Positions 53,279-55,386 of a stretch of DNA of 55,386 nt are shown piece after piece. The translations under genes were made by a program, and so were the position numbers. The notes under the pieces were generated by a model, which was not told the DNA's origin, ran no database searches, and was given only the letters and a program-made list of their open reading frames with translations. How positions within the stretch are numbered: the first letter of the stretch is position 1; each line of letters starts with the position of its first letter. Source of the stretch: Macrostomum lignano (lineage: Eukaryota); NCBI GenBank assembly GCA_002269645.1, contig NIVC01000369.1, positions 225,724 to 281,109 on the forward strand. Direction: 5' to 3'.

Positions 53279-53648
53279 CTACCAGACACTACCTAAAGTA
53301 GTACGCGTAGTATTGGTGACTGAAGCAGCACCAGGCGCTGGAGAGTTCCCCTTGGCCGCAGCGCCAGCAACAGTCGCAACGGAGGAGGACGGCGCCGAGA
53401 TCAGCAGGCGCTCGTCGCGCGAGATTTCCGCAAAACTCTCCACCCTGCTGCCGTCGTCGGCGCGATAAAAACTGACCGCTGGCGTGCGCAGTCGCAGCCG
53501 CTGGGTGGCCGCCTTCAGCAGCGCCTCCAGCGAGTCGCCCCAGACGGTCACGGCGCCGGTGTCGCCGCGCCTGGCGCTCACAAGGACACGCTTCGTGTCG
53601 AATGTTGGCGGCGGCGGCGGAGGCTGCGCAGAATGGTGCGATGTCGGG
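53279..53648 (-). CDS. DCDC1: DCDC1-like multi-doublecortin protein, last exon (DCX domain)
   Basis: Acceptor tttcag| at 53649 gives an in-frame phase-2 join. KRVLV...GAVTVWGDSLEALLKAATQRLRLRTPAVSFYRADDGSRVESFAEISRDERLLIS is a DCX domain. Orthology is inferred from the multi-DCX layout. Confidence 0.65.
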
Positions 53649-53984
53649 CTGAAATTTGGCGGGTAAGCTGGGGGTGTACAGCGGCCTTGACTTTGGCTCT
53701 CATGGGCTCTCAGTCGGACGACTATTTGTCCTACAATATTAGACGTCAGAGCAGTATCAACTCAATATGCCCATTGCTCAGATGGGCAAGTGTTCCAAGG
53801 CTATTGCTCCAATTACAGGCCATCGACTTAACATTAGAAAATGTCACGTGGATAGAAGTGCCTATCTGAGTCTGTGCGTGCGTACATATAGCAGTGCCCA
53901 AAGCTTACAGGGACCAACTGAGATTACATTAAAAGGCTAGCCTGTAAAGTGGTAATTTTACAGCGAACAAGTTCTGTAACCCAC

Positions 53985-55386
53985 CGCTTAGACGAAGGCG
54001 GCGGCTGGAAGGGCTCGCCGGAAGACACGCAGCACAGCAGCTCGAAGAGGACAGCTCTGTCAGCGGGTCGTGCAGCTCGCGGCCTTCAGAATCGTAGAGA
54101 ACCCGACCGGGACGGCGGAGCCCCAACCTGGCGGTGGCATTCTCAAGCGCCTGCGGCACCGACTCGGCCCAGATGGTCACCGCCGATGACGTTGGATTTT
54201 CACCATTCGGGTAGACGCGAAGGCGCACGAGTCGCGGCTCCGGGCTGACGTGGCCGACGGTGGCGTTGGCGACTGCTGCGGCCGCGGCCGCTGCGTCATC
54301 GCCCGACCGTCTGGGCGGCGCCTTCTTTGGGTGCACGAAATCTTCACCGATGGAAGCCCAGACCTCGACGATGGTGTCTTCATCCTCAACAGAGGCCTCA
54401 TCCTTCTTGCTGCCTGGCTGCTCTTTGTCTTCGTTTTTTCCGTCTTCTTCTTCATCGTCGTCGTCGTCGACATCGACGTCAATCGAGACGGTGATGCTGA
54501 CCTCCACGTGCATCGAGGCGTGAGTTCTCTCGCCCTTTGGCTTCCTGGCAGACTTCCTGTACCAGGCATAGTCAGCAGCCATCTTGGTTGAGTTGATACT
54601 CTTCGTGCTCCTCGCGGATCAGACTGTCGAGCGGCACGTAGCAGGTGGCCAGCACAGACTCCTCCTCCGGCGTCAGCTCGATCAGGTCCAGTTTCAGCAG
54701 GCGAAACTTCTCGCCGAAGTAGCGGCGCAGAATCTGGAGCTCATTTGGGATCTAGCGCTTCTCTCCCTCGAACGTCTCCTCGTTAGAAAATGGATCGGTG
54801 CAGAGGGTCTGCCGAATATGCTGTACCTAACGCTAACTGTCTGGCTTCATCAGTTTGCTCGACTCGGGCAGAATCTCATCAAGAAGCTCATTGAGTACAG
54901 GCTGATGCCCAGGTTGTAAGCGAGGGAGCGGAATTTTGAGCCGATTCATGAATATTTGGACGTCGTCAACCTCGGCTCGAGGTCGTCCTCCTTGGCTTGT
55001 TTGAGTCTGATTCTCGTCATCGCTTGAGAATCGTCCTCGTCATTGCTGGCTTCAGTCTTGGGAGCTGCGCCACGCTGACGCGCCACCTCCCGCTGACGTC
55101 TGCGCACGCTTAGCATTGGCGCTTCGCCAGCGACGGAGTTCAGCAATCTCAAGCACCTCCGTGCCGTCTTCAAGGAACAGCCGCAGCACTGGCTCTTCCG
55201 TGTTCAGCTTGAGTGTGCACTGGTCCATCAGGCCGGCAATGCTTGAACCTGTGGCAAGAACTGGCGGCCGCTGGCGCCCCTCGCCGTTGCGGTAGGCCAG
55301 CACTCGAATAGGGCGGGGAGTTCGCGCCTCGGACAGTCGCTCGTTGATCGCCTTCAGTGAAAGGTTTTGCCGTCTCTCTTCCAGCT
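53985..55386 (-). CDS. DCDC1: DCDC1-like gene, large penultimate coding region with two DCX domains and several frameshifts; continues off the window
   Basis: IRVLAYRNGEGRQRPPVLATGSSIAGLMDQCTLKLNTEEPVLRLFLEDGTEV and VRLRVYPNGENPTSSAVTIWAESVPQALENATARLGLRRPGRVLYDSEGRE...[frameshift]FELLCCVSSGEPF are DCX domains. Donor CG|GTGGGT at 53984. At least four frame breaks; internal introns cannot be excluded. Confidence 0.65.

Overview
Eukaryotic (invertebrate) genomic DNA with GT-AG introns, GC-rich exons and about 25 different micro/minisatellite arrays. The style suggests a flatworm such as Macrostomum, but that is inference only. Genes supported by the sequence: a 3-exon BEN-domain gene (+, 5566-9333) whose two introns are filled by 15-bp satellites; an NTF2 gene (+, ~12785-13177); a 3-exon rhodopsin-class peptide GPCR (-, 34142-20957) with a ~6 kb intron that is almost pure (GATA)n and a tandemly duplicated, frameshifted second exon; a 3-exon ~80-aa secreted neuropeptide-like precursor (+, 39446-39858); complexin (+, 45150-45821, CAAX end); and the 3' part of a multi-DCX-domain DCDC1-like gene (-, 55386-53279, frameshifted). 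Mobile DNA: two tandem, divergent Crypton-like tyrosine-recombinase ORFs at the left edge, separated and flanked by hairpin modules with a shared core; a MULE-like MITE with a 9-bp TSD; a MITE with an 8-bp TSD; tRNA-derived SINEs; an RTE-like LINE remnant; an internally deleted Tc1/mariner; and a decayed hAT. No CRISPR, rRNA or true tRNA gene was seen. The very long ORFs in the supplied track are translations of tandem repeats. Both window ends carry many 1-bp indels, so some pseudogene calls may be consensus errors.
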